From positions 32,001-96,000 of the forward strand of contig JBMOPW010000007.1 in NCBI GenBank assembly GCA_049322915.1: a DNA stretch of 64,000 nucleotides, read 5' to 3'. The DNA is from Candidatus Zhuqueibacterota bacterium. GTDB taxonomy: Bacteria > Zhuqueibacterota > Zhuqueibacteria > Thermofontimicrobiales > Thermofontimicrobiaceae. The notes beneath the pieces were generated by a model. It was not told where the DNA came from. It made no database searches and saw only the letters and a program-made list of their open reading frames with translations. Of this stretch, positions 9,714 to 19,690 are shown piece after piece (positions within the stretch are counted from its first letter, which is position 1; each line of letters starts with the position of its first letter). A program made the translations under genes and the position numbers.

Positions 9714-10949
9714 ATGAAGATACAGAAAAACCTGTTACGAACTATTTTCATCGTCATTCTATTCGCGTCCCTTGCCCGAACCCAATCCCACGAAATGCCC
9801 TATGTCATCCTCGTCTCCTTCGATGGCTTTCGCTGGGATTATGTCCATCGGGGCCTGACGCCCAATCTGAAACACATGGAAATGAACGGCGTCTCTGCGC
9901 TTTCCTTGCGGCCGGTCTTCCCGTCGAAAACGTTTCCCAATCATTATTCGATCATCACCGGTCTCTACCCGGAACACCATGGCATCATTCACAATGATTT
10001 TATTGATCCTTTCAGCGGCGAACGCTACAAGATCGGTGATTCGAAATCTGTGCGCGACGCGAAGTGGTACACCGGCGAGGCGTTCTGGGAGACAGCGAAG
10101 CGCCAGGGCATCGTAACGGCCAGTTATTTCTGGCCCGGCTCGGAAGTGGAACTCAGCTATCGCCATCCGGATTATGTTGAATATTTTGACCACGACCGGT
10201 CATACGAAGCGCGGATCGATGGCGTGATGAACTGGCTGAAACTGCCGGAGAAGGCGCGGCCGCATTTCATCACGCTCTATTTTGAAGCCACGGACAGCTA
10301 CGGCCATGAGCACGGTCCGGATTCCGAAGAGACCAACGCCGCCATCAAACTCCTTGATTCCACGCTGGGACTGCTTTTTAAAAAACTGGACGAAATACAC
10401 TTGGCTCAGCGAACCAATGTGATCGTTGTTTCCGATCACGGCATGGCGCAGATCAATGCGGAGCGATATATCAACCTGTCCGAAATACTGAAGGGCTTCG
10501 ACGTACGCATCCAGGGGGATGGCCCTGTGGCGATGATCGATTGCGCGGAACAGGACATCGCTGCAATTTACCAGAGGCTAAAGTCGCAGGAATCGGATTA
10601 CGAGGTCTATCTCAAAGACGAAATGCCTGCCTGCTACCATTTCGCAGACCATCCGTTCATTTCGCCCATCATCGTCATCGCAAACGTCGGCGCCAGTCTG
10701 GGGGAAGGACTTGTGGATCGTCTTCACTACAAGCATCTCAGCGAGGGGGATCACGGTTATGATAACAACCATCTCGACATGCATGGAATTTTCTTCGCTG
10801 CCGGCCCGGCATTCAAAAAAGGGTATCGCACCGGCACGCTGTGGAGCATTGATATCTATCCCATGCTCTGCAAAATTTTCGATATTTCGCCCCGGGCGCC
10901 CATCGATGGGAATTTAGAGCGCATCGGATTCATTCTGAAAGAGCATTAA
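9714..10949 (+). CDS. Alkaline-phosphatase-superfamily nucleotide pyrophosphatase/phosphodiesterase (NPP), secreted
   Basis: LVSFDGFRWDY, PSKTFPNHYSIITGLYPEHHGI, DSYGH, VSDHGM, GDHGYDN. Confidence 0.93.
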   Translation: MKIQKNLLRTIFIVILFASLARTQSHEMPYVILVSFDGFRWDYVHRGLTPNLKHMEMNGVSALSLRPVFPSKTFPNHYSIITGLYPEHHGIIHNDFIDPFSGERYKIGDSKSVRDAKWYTGEAFWETAKRQGIVTASYFWPGSEVELSYRHPDYVEYFDHDRSYEARIDGVMNWLKLPEKARPHFITLYFEATDSYGHEHGPDSEETNAAIKLLDSTLGLLFKKLDEIHLAQRTNVIVVSDHGMAQINAERYINLSEILKGFDVRIQGDGPVAMIDCAEQDIAAIYQRLKSQESDYEVYLKDEMPACYHFADHPFISPIIVIANVGASLGEGLVDRLHYKHLSEGDHGYDNNHLDMHGIFFAAGPAFKKGYRTGTLWSIDIYPMLCKIFDISPRAPIDGNLERIGFILKEH

Positions 10950-11295
10950 TCCGGCAGCGATTCCGCAAGGCACACTCAGGATGCGCCGACGCCAGTGATG
11001 CTTACCTGAGAACAGACCCGATCCGGCAGAGGCCGGATTTTGAGCGTCGAACCGACATGCGATGAAATTCCGGGCGCGGGACTGCCGCCTCGCTCCATCC
11101 TCGTTTTTGAGGGTGAGTGTTTTAAACACTGCAATGCGCCGAATTCCTGTCGCAGGGCTTCGTGCGCGTGGAGTGCTGACGAGTTTATCATGACTTCGGG
11201 AATACACCGCATTGCGACGTGCCACATTTTTTCAGGCCCACCCACTTTCCAAATTTTCTCTCCTGCTGCATGTCATCGCTTCATTACAAAGAAAA

Positions 11296-11603
11296 GTAAC
11301 GGCTCAGGTTCCAGGTTTAAAGGTTCCCGGTTCCGGGTTAAAGAAAATTTTCGTCGCTATTCAGGCATGTAGTCTTGCCACGAAGTCAAACGAAGATGTC
11401 CTTTCATTCATTCATATTTTGTGAGATTCAATTTTTTTTTAACCAGGTTCATCTTTTCAGAATCGAATATTTTGGATCCATTTTTTTGTGCCTTCGAGAC
11501 TTTTGTGGCTGTACAATTTCGAATATTCATTTACAAAATATACATAATGAGATGATTCTGACCTTGAACCCTGAACGCTGAACCAGCCAACCTGAGTGGT
11601 TAC
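11296..11603. mobile_element. MITE, long form (308 bp), copy 1
   Basis: Ends GTAACGGCTCAGG / CCTGAGTGGTTAC (imperfect TIR); 8-bp direct repeat AAAGAAAA at 11288-11295 and 11604-11611; homologous to 47812-48127. Confidence 0.85.
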
Positions 11604-11729
11604 AAAGAAAAAATTATTGCCCGATTGAAAAAATGGTTAAAGCGCTGCATTGTTTGTTAAAGCCGTGATATGTTGGTGTCGATAGATTAGTAAAAAGGTC
11701 CATTAAAATCTATCGAGGTGAGGTGCGTG

Positions 11730-13037
11730 ATGAAGAGGCGAAGGACAGAACGTGAGAGGCGAATCGGAGCGATTCTTGGCTGCATGTTTTTTTCGGGATT
11801 GATGGTCTGGCCGTTGCCCGGCCGGGCGGACGAACCGAATTCAATGACATGCGATTACTGCAATTTTAAGATTGAAGAGGAAGCGATTACAGACCTGGAG
11901 CTGTATTTCCAGTTTCCGCATACGTCATTGACATTCCAGAAAGTGGACAGTGTATTTGCGGCGGAGACCGAAATTGCTGTCACACTCTTTGATGAGCAGG
12001 GTGAATTTGTGGACGAAATTTTCGTGGATCGAACCATCGAGGAAAAGGATTTTGATCGGACCATCTAGTTCGGGAATAAGACGCTCGTCCAATTCAATTT
12101 TGATGCGGAGCCTGGCTCGTACCGGGTGCACTTCAAATTGGTGGATCGGAATAGCGGAAACGAATTTGAGCTTAAAAATAATGTCGTTGTGAAATCATTC
12201 CCTGAAAAGGAACTGAGCCTCAGCGATATCGAGGTTGCAAGCAGCGTCGATCGCTCGGATGAGGAGACGAATTTTGTGAAAAATGGCAGGAAGGTCCTGG
12301 CGAATCCGAGCCGTCAGTTCGAAACCGGCAGCGAGGATGTGCACGTTTATTTTGAGATCTACAATTTGAACACCGCTGAGTCGAACGGCGCGAATACATT
12401 TCGCTTTGAATATGAAGTCAAAAACAGCGCTGAAGAGGTTGTCCGGGCGTATTACCAGAGCTACCCCAAACCGTATTCCAGCACATCGATCGATTTTGCC
12501 ATTCCCACAAAAAAGCTAGAGCCCGATGCCTATTCCCTGGCCGTGACCATCATCGATGAGGATACCCGCGCCAGAGCGATGGCTGTTGCAATGTTCAGCG
12601 TGACGCGCTCGCCGCTGGATGGCGACCCCACCGATTTTGATAGAACCATCGCCATGCTCCAACTGATTGGCGCCAAGTCTGAAATTGCGGAAATGAAAAA
12701 AGCATCCGAGTTGGAACGAAGAGCGCTGCTGACGAAATTCTGGCGCGGCAAAGATCCAACGCCGGGCACGCCTGAGAATGAACTGATGATTGAGTTCTAC
12801 AACCGAATCGACTATGCCAATGCGCACTATTCCACCGACCATGTGGAAGGCTGGAACACCGACCGCGGGAAAATTTTCATCAAACATGGCAAGCCGGATC
12901 GCATCACGCGTTCCGTGCCGATGGCTGGCTGGATTCGCTACGAAACCTGGGAGTACTGGAATAAAGGCCGGACGTTTATGTTCGGCGACAGGTTCGGATT
13001 TGGCAACTACACTATGATTGATTGGCTCATCTACTGA
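11730..13037 (+). pseudogene. GWxTD-domain protein interrupted by one in-frame TAG (12066-12068)
   Basis: ORFs 11718-12068 and 12126-13037 share a frame; read-through gives FDRTI*FGNKTLVQFNFDAEPGSYRVHF. C-terminal FWRGKDPTPGTPENE...RIDYAN...GWNTDRGKIFIKHGKP. Confidence 0.75.
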
Positions 13038-13066
13038 CGGCTTCTGCGTCAATGCAAAGGAAATCT

Positions 13067-13101
13067 GAAAGGCCGGCGATCATTGCCGGTCTTTCTTTTT
13101 T
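13067..13101 (+). terminator. Intrinsic terminator
   Basis: GAAAGGCCGGCGA-TCAT-TGCCGGTCTTTC followed by a T-run. Confidence 0.75.
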
Positions 13102-13266
13102 AGTGATTCCATTGGCCTACAAACAGATGCGTCCGAATGAATTGAAAACCCAAATTCCTCTGCAAGAGTCGTGTCCCCGAGTGAATTCTACTGCATGTCC
13201 CCGGCTTTTATTTCCATCGCAGGCTGAAAAGCTGACCTTCACATCTGTCCGGGCTCGCCAACCGAT

Positions 13267-13402
13267 CGTTCGGGATATTCATCCCGAACGGTGCATCGAA
13301 TCCGGAACATACGTTCCAATCCATTTACCGCGCTGGATAGATATCCAGCGCGATCATGATTATTGAACATACGCGTACTGGACGGTCGCGACCGTCCACT
13401 AC
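13267..13402. repeat. Cluster of three REP-like hairpins/palindromes
   Basis: CGTTCGGGAT-ATTC-ATCCCGAACG (13267-13290); CGCGCTGGATA-GA-TATCCAGCGCG (13329-13352); perfect palindrome TGGACGGTCGCGACCGTCCA (13379-13398) followed by CTAC. Confidence 0.6.
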
Positions 13403-13553
13403 AGATACAAAAAAGTATCGAATTTATTGCACATGCGTTCAACCGGTCAATCATATTAACAGGGGATTTTTTCGCTTGACTAATAACTATTTATTTATTA
13501 CTTTTCCTTCCATAACAGAATCGTAATCATTTCACTTATGAGACTGGTAACGT

Positions 13554-15737
13554 ATGAAGTTAAAAAAAACGCTTCTCATTCTTGCTATCAGTTTAATCAA
13601 TTCCTCTCTGCCACTCGCTCAACAGGAAAGCCGTCCCGCCAGGCCAATGTTCAAACCCACTGTCGATGATAACTCAAAGTACACGAATATCGGGAATATC
13701 GGTTTAACGATCACGAATTTTGGAACGTTCGGCGATGGATTTGTCATTCAATCGCCAATGGACCAGCCTTCCTGCGAATACCCGCTGGGCTCAAAGATTG
13801 AGCACATTTTCGATGGCGGTCTCTGGGTTGGCGCGCGGTTGGAGGATGGCACCAAAAAGGTAACGACTGGCGCCGTGGATATTGCCTATCTGGTGGACAT
13901 CGCTTCGGGCTTCGAATTCACCAATACCGCTGATCCGGCCGATGTCGTGATTGAACGCTCGTCCCTGGTCAGCTCGCCGTTTTACCATCCGATAGCGATC
14001 AGTCATCAGGACTTTATATGCAATTTTTCGGACACCAACCTGTACATTCCTGAATTGCAGAACGCCCGCATTCCCAACCACTCGCCCATGGGCATTGCCG
14101 TGCATCAGGAAACGTACGCCTGGAACTATCCCTTTGCCGACGATTTTGTCATCCTTAATTATACCATCACGAACGTCAGTTCCGATACGCTGTGGGATAT
14201 TTACCTCGGGCTCTGGGCGGATCTGGTGGTGCGCAATACGAACATCACGCCGCCGCGCATTGGTACGCCGTTCTATACGCACGTAGGCAATAGCTATGTG
14301 GATTCGCTGAGAATGGCCTATGCCTATGATTATGATGGCGATCCCGGCTTTACCGATCCCGGTCTGTATGTGGGCATGAAGGTGCTGGGCGTAACACCCC
14401 AGGCCGATGACGATGTGTACACGTTGAACAGCAAGTACAACGCGTGGCGATTCCGCAACACCGATGATCCGGTTCTGTTTTCACCCACCGATGATGTGGC
14501 CCGCTACGAAAAAATGTCGACTTCGCTGCCTGTTGAAATTGTCGAAGGCGCGCCTGGTAATTACATGACACTGATCACCACCGGCCCGTTCGAACGGCTG
14601 GACCCTGATTCCTCCATCAATGTCGCGTTCAGCATCGTCTGCGGCGCCAAGGCCGGACTCGATCCGAACACCGACGACTCCGAGGAGAGCAAGGCGTATT
14701 TTTACACCAACGCCGGCTGGTCACAGACAGCGTACAACGGCGAGGACAGAAATTCCAACGGTCAAATCGATCCTTCCGAGGATGTGAATGGCAATGGCAT
14801 TCTCGATCCCGGTGAAGATACCAACGAGAATGGGCTGTTGGACCTCGGCGAGGACATCGACGCGGACGGCAAATTGACGCGATACGTGCTGCCGACGCCG
14901 CCAACACCGCCGGTATTTCGCGCCGTGCCGGAGAATAACAAAGTCACGATTTACTGGGCCAACAATTCAGAGAAGTCGCGCGACCTCATCACAGGTGATC
15001 AGGATTTTGAAGGCTACCGCATTTACAGGTCCCGATTGGGGGAAGACCTTGCCGGCAGAGACCTGCTCAGTTCATTGACTCTTCTGGCTGACTTCGATTC
15101 GATCGATGGCATCGGCTACGATACCGGTTTTAATTTCATCCGAATCCCAGCCGATTCGCTCATCTTCTTTGAAGATGAAATCAGCGATGGCGATACCATT
15201 TTCTATTGTTATAAATTTGAGAATTCGCAATTGTTGAATGGCTGGCAATACGCCTACTCTGTGACAGCGTACGACCGAGGCGATCCGGCCAATAAACTGG
15301 AAAGTCTGGAAAGCAGCTATCTGGCCAATGTGGTGCGCATTGCCCCGGGCACTCCGGCCAGCGATGACGACCGCGAAGCAGTCGCTGTCGGCGTTTATCC
15401 CAATCCCTATCGCACCCATGCAGCCTGGGATGGCACGCTGGAGCGGGATCGCAAGCTCTATTTCTTCAATTTACCGTCTCAGTGCGAAGTTCGAATTTTC
15501 ACCCTTGCCGGCGATCTGGTGGACAGCTTTGTTCACAATGGGGCTTCATACGCCGGGAGCGATATTCAATGGTTTCAGAAATTTTCCCGCGGCGAGACCG
15601 TCTTTGCCGGCGGGGAGCACGCCTGGGATCTGGTGACGAAGGATGATCAGGCAATAGCCACGGGGCTGTATTTGTTCACAGTCGAAAATTCTACGACTGG
15701 CACTATTCAGACCGGCAAATTTCTGGTGATTAAATAG
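13554..15737 (+). CDS. Secreted hypothetical protein with EF-hand-like repeats, Fn3-like domain and C-terminal sorting (CTD-like) domain
   Basis: Signal peptide; DxNxNGxLDxGE repeats; DFEGYRIYRS...YAYSVTAYD; VGVYPNPY...VRIFTLAGDLV...WDL...IATGLYLF...GKFLVIK. Confidence 0.75.
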   Translation: MKLKKTLLILAISLINSSLPLAQQESRPARPMFKPTVDDNSKYTNIGNIGLTITNFGTFGDGFVIQSPMDQPSCEYPLGSKIEHIFDGGLWVGARLEDGTKKVTTGAVDIAYLVDIASGFEFTNTADPADVVIERSSLVSSPFYHPIAISHQDFICNFSDTNLYIPELQNARIPNHSPMGIAVHQETYAWNYPFADDFVILNYTITNVSSDTLWDIYLGLWADLVVRNTNITPPRIGTPFYTHVGNSYVDSLRMAYAYDYDGDPGFTDPGLYVGMKVLGVTPQADDDVYTLNSKYNAWRFRNTDDPVLFSPTDDVARYEKMSTSLPVEIVEGAPGNYMTLITTGPFERLDPDSSINVAFSIVCGAKAGLDPNTDDSEESKAYFYTNAGWSQTAYNGEDRNSNGQIDPSEDVNGNGILDPGEDTNENGLLDLGEDIDADGKLTRYVLPTPPTPPVFRAVPENNKVTIYWANNSEKSRDLITGDQDFEGYRIYRSRLGEDLAGRDLLSSLTLLADFDSIDGIGYDTGFNFIRIPADSLIFFEDEISDGDTIFYCYKFENSQLLNGWQYAYSVTAYDRGDPANKLESLESSYLANVVRIAPGTPASDDDREAVAVGVYPNPYRTHAAWDGTLERDRKLYFFNLPSQCEVRIFTLAGDLVDSFVHNGASYAGSDIQWFQKFSRGETVFAGGEHAWDLVTKDDQAIATGLYLFTVENSTTGTIQTGKFLVIK

Positions 15738-15762
15738 TGTCTGTCTGGAAAGTATCGTCTTT

Positions 15763-15884
15763 CTGTCATCCCTGCAATCTTTATGCAGGAATCTCTTGAT
15801 ATTTCGAAGGAGATTCCCGTTAAAAGCAAAGTCTGCTTTCATCTAAAAATATAATGCAACTTTGCAGGCATGCGGGAATGACAG
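15763..15884. repeat. GTCATTCCCGC-type (dRS3/REP-like) inverted-repeat element
   Basis: Intergenic; CTGTCATCCCTGC ... GCGGGAATGACAG ends (11/13 complementary) with internal GGAATCT/AGATTCC. Confidence 0.5.
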
Positions 15885-15919
15885 CAACGGACATGTAATA
15901 ATTCTAAATTGCGGAGGCA

Positions 15920-17941
15920 ATGATGAAAAAAAGTTTGTTACTGTTCTGCCTGTTGTGCGCGTTAAGTCTGCCGGTGTTCGCATCGGACGCCCAGGTCGCG
16001 GCTTTTGATACCGTATCTGTTCGGGATATCCAATTCGTAGCGCCGGAATCCCTGGCAATCGGCGCCGATGATTCCTACTTTACCGGGGACACAGTGATCG
16101 TCGAGGGTGTTGTTGCAACCGGTCCTCGTTCGCTGTGGGCTGGCGCGCGCTGGTCGTTCATTCTGGTCGATGAAGCTGGCGGTGGATGGAATGGCATTCA
16201 GATCATTCAAAATGATACCACCAAAACCGGCACCAATGTGACCGCGTTGAAGCCGGGATACAAAGTGCGATTGACCGTGCTGATTGAAGAATATTGCTAT
16301 GGCGTCGCGCCTTCTCACACCCAGGCAGCGATGTTGGTGAACCCGCCTGTGCCGGTCGAACTACTGGGATTTGGCGTTGCAATCCCTGAGCCCACTTTGG
16401 TGACCTGCGCTGAACTCGCAGCCGACGTCGGCGAACAATACGAATGCACCCACGTTTCCATCAAAAATGCAACGGTTGTGAACAATAATTTGAGCAGCAA
16501 CCAGATGCTGATTATGGATGCCACCGGTCAGTTGGTGGTTGACGATTGGTCGCTGGAACTTTACGACAGTCTCGCAGAGGGTTCGTACGATTGGCCGTCC
16601 AACGGAACCAGCATCGACATCAGAGGGTATATTCGCAGCAATGCCAATGGCAATGGTTTTCAGATCGCGCCCATGTCGTCCGCCGATATCACCATTCTGA
16701 CTAATCCACCGCAGATTTCCAATGTGCAGCGTATGCCTGCCGCGCCGACATCGAACGACGATGTGATCGTTTCAGCGAAAATCAAAGATACCAATGGCAC
16801 GGTTCAATCGGCCCGGCTGCATTACAGGATCGGGGAGGGTCGCTGGCAGTTAGGCAATATGAGCGCAACTGATTCGATTTACACCCGAACCATCCCGAAG
16901 CAGCCGGACGGAACCAGGGTTTATTATTTTGTGAAAGCGACGGACGAGGTCGGCGACTGGGCCATGATGCCCGGCGATACTTCGGCGCTCCAATATTTTT
17001 ACACGGTCCGCGATGGCGGTCTGACCATTGAGGATCTTCAATGGACGCCCTTTAAAAATACAGATTCGCCGTATCTGGGCTATGTCGTAACTGTGTCCGG
17101 CGTTGTGTCTGCTTCACCGGAAGACTTTTTAGGCGATTATATTCTTCAGGATGGTGAATTGCCCTGGCGCGGGATTTGGGTGAACGATGCAGCCCATGTG
17201 CCCCAGCGCGGCGATTCCGTGCGCGTGACTGGAAAGGTGGAAGAAAACTACAATGTCACCCGGCTGAATCTGGTGACAGCTTTTGATTCGGTGGGAGTGG
17301 GAAAAACGATTGTCCCGATGAAAATCACCACCGGCCAGGCAACCACCGGCAGCGCAGAAGCTGAAAGCTACGAAGGAACCCTGATCCAATTCGATAATGT
17401 GCTCGTCAGTGATCCATTCCCGGATGCGCCGAATAACTATGGTGAACTCGAAATCAACGATGGCACAGGCGGCTACCGCGTGGATGAAAATAGCGACTTC
17501 GGAGGCAATTTTGATTCGACTTACGCCTTGAATGACAGGATCGAGACGATCATCGGAATCGGCTGGTTCTCGTTTTACAATTATAAACTGGAACCGCGAA
17601 ATCTCGATGATGTGATGGGCCATTACCCGGCTGGCGTCTCCAACGACAGGGGTGTATTCGTGCAAAATTATGCGCTGAATCAGAATTATCCCAATCCGTT
17701 CAATCCCTCCACGACCATTCAATTCAGCATTGGCGCGAACGAACTGGTCCAGGTGTCGGTATTCAATGTGTTGGGGCAGAAAATCAGGTCGCTGGTGAAT
17801 GAGCACCGCGTCGCCGGCCAGCACAGCATCCAGTGGGATGGGCTGAACGAGTTCGGCCAGAAGGTCTCCAGCGGACTTTATTTTTACAATCTGAAAGCCG
17901 GTGATTTTGTTCAAACAAAGAAAATGATTTTGATGCAATAA
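15920..17941 (+). CDS. Secreted protein with repeated OB-fold-like modules and FlgD-Ig/T9SS-type-A C-terminal domain
   Basis: Signal peptide; two modules of type xRDIQ...SxYxGxxVxVxGVV...; C-terminal NYALNQNYPNPFNPSTTIQF...WDG...SSGLYFY...KKMILMQ. Confidence 0.75.
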   Translation: MMKKSLLLFCLLCALSLPVFASDAQVAAFDTVSVRDIQFVAPESLAIGADDSYFTGDTVIVEGVVATGPRSLWAGARWSFILVDEAGGGWNGIQIIQNDTTKTGTNVTALKPGYKVRLTVLIEEYCYGVAPSHTQAAMLVNPPVPVELLGFGVAIPEPTLVTCAELAADVGEQYECTHVSIKNATVVNNNLSSNQMLIMDATGQLVVDDWSLELYDSLAEGSYDWPSNGTSIDIRGYIRSNANGNGFQIAPMSSADITILTNPPQISNVQRMPAAPTSNDDVIVSAKIKDTNGTVQSARLHYRIGEGRWQLGNMSATDSIYTRTIPKQPDGTRVYYFVKATDEVGDWAMMPGDTSALQYFYTVRDGGLTIEDLQWTPFKNTDSPYLGYVVTVSGVVSASPEDFLGDYILQDGELPWRGIWVNDAAHVPQRGDSVRVTGKVEENYNVTRLNLVTAFDSVGVGKTIVPMKITTGQATTGSAEAESYEGTLIQFDNVLVSDPFPDAPNNYGELEINDGTGGYRVDENSDFGGNFDSTYALNDRIETIIGIGWFSFYNYKLEPRNLDDVMGHYPAGVSNDRGVFVQNYALNQNYPNPFNPSTTIQFSIGANELVQVSVFNVLGQKIRSLVNEHRVAGQHSIQWDGLNEFGQKVSSGLYFYNLKAGDFVQTKKMILMQ

Positions 17942-18074
17942 TGAAACGCTGACTGTCGCGATGATTCTCTCTTGATTCAATTCCTTCCGAAGGATCAACC
18001 CCCTTCGGAAGGAGTTGGATGCCGCTGATAGCGGAGAAGATCATCCATTACTCTCACTTAACGACAACGATAAC

Positions 18075-19469
18075 ATGACCAAAAAAATTATCGTTTTTTA
18101 TCTGCTGCTACTGGGTATCCATTTGAGCTGTGGTGAAAAAATAACGGATAATCCCAGACCAAACCAACCACCGTCCACTCATCTCACGTTTTATCCGGAC
18201 GAAGAACTGGCCACGACCACCAGCCGGCAGGTGCTGCACTGGTGGGGCGACGATCCGGACGGGAAAGTCGTGATGTACCTCTACACCTGGGAAAACGATG
18301 CTGCCGTCCCGGCGCGATTCGATGCTGCGACAACGTTGGGCGCCTGGGATACCACGTCCGCTTACAGCGATACATTTTCGCTGGAGTTCCTGGAACTGGA
18401 TACGGTGTACACGTTCAGAATCAGCGCGGTGGACGACGAAGGGCTGGTGGATCCCACCCCGGCTGTGCAGGCGTTTCCCATTGCCAATACGCCGCCGGAA
18501 GTGGAGTTCGTCGTTTCAACTGACATTCCGGAGACGACGTTCACCGTGGCGTCATTTTATTGGAAAGGGACTGATCTGGACGGGGACGACACCATCGACC
18601 GCTACGAATACGTGCTGGATGACACCAGCGCCGAGTGGCGTTCGATTCCGGCAGACACGTCATTCCTCAATCTGAAAATTGCGGATGAACTTGGCGACAG
18701 GGCGCATGTCTTTTATCTGCGCGCCGTCGACATCGCCGGCGTGCCCAGCACCATCATTCGTATGCCCAGAAAAGAGACAAGCCTCTGGTACGTGCGTCGG
18801 CCAATCGGACACTATCTCATCATCGATGATTACGAGACTTACGACAACAATCAGTACATTTATCAGAAAACTTTGGACAGTCTCGGTCTGGATTATTCAG
18901 TCTGGAATATCAAGCTGAACCGAAACGGCGACACGGTCTATGACCTCATGCCCAGTTCGGTCGACATGTTCGCAGAAACCTTGCTGCTGTTCGATCGGGT
19001 GTTGTGGTACGCGGATTCGAATCCACATTTCGAAGAGGCTCAAATTGCCATTCCCCGGTTTCTCAAAGATGCCGGCAAGAAAATTTTCTTTTCCACTCAG
19101 TTCAGGGAGTTCTTCTCCGAGCAGGGCGACCCGCTTGAATTCTCGCCGGTGGACAGTCTGGGAAAAACATCCATCGATGTGCTGCCCGGGATTTATCTGG
19201 AGCCTGATGCCAATAAGGCCAGTTTCCCACGATTGAAAGCTGCATCGTGGATCCCGTTTGTCAAAGAATTGGCGCCCAAGATAAGCGCGCAGGTCCTGTA
19301 CCGATTGGCAGCCAATCCCGGCCTGTACGCCGGTCAACCGGTCATGGCCGTGGCGAACGCGGAGAATTCCTTTGTGTTTTTCGGGATCCCTTTTCACCAG
19401 TTGAATGCCGCTCAAAATGGCAAGCGTTTTTTATCGATCATTCTGCTGGATGAATTTGGCGCACCCTGA
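18075..19469 (+). CDS. Hypothetical lipoprotein with Ig/Fn3-like repeats
   Basis: Lipobox HLSC; repeated WxGxDxDG...F.(I/L).AVD units. Confidence 0.7.
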   Translation: MTKKIIVFYLLLLGIHLSCGEKITDNPRPNQPPSTHLTFYPDEELATTTSRQVLHWWGDDPDGKVVMYLYTWENDAAVPARFDAATTLGAWDTTSAYSDTFSLEFLELDTVYTFRISAVDDEGLVDPTPAVQAFPIANTPPEVEFVVSTDIPETTFTVASFYWKGTDLDGDDTIDRYEYVLDDTSAEWRSIPADTSFLNLKIADELGDRAHVFYLRAVDIAGVPSTIIRMPRKETSLWYVRRPIGHYLIIDDYETYDNNQYIYQKTLDSLGLDYSVWNIKLNRNGDTVYDLMPSSVDMFAETLLLFDRVLWYADSNPHFEEAQIAIPRFLKDAGKKIFFSTQFREFFSEQGDPLEFSPVDSLGKTSIDVLPGIYLEPDANKASFPRLKAASWIPFVKELAPKISAQVLYRLAANPGLYAGQPVMAVANAENSFVFFGIPFHQLNAAQNGKRFLSIILLDEFGAP

Positions 19470-19690
19470 TGTCCCTGGTACGTTGAGGCTGGTTGCATTG
19501 CGCGACAGGTCGTTTTGAAAATAAAATGTGAGTCCGGTGATGCGTCAGGACGGGACCTGAATTCGGGTGCCGGGCAGATTCTCTCTGCAATCGGCCGGGA
19601 GATCCCGCCCCTAGGAGGCATGTCGAGGATGACGCTTTTACAGAACGGACTCAACCCTGTGGCCTAACATTAAAAATTTGGTTGAAAAAC

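Noticed and set aside
13267..13402. CRISPR array
   Set aside because: The hairpins differ in sequence, spacing is irregular and no cas genes are present.
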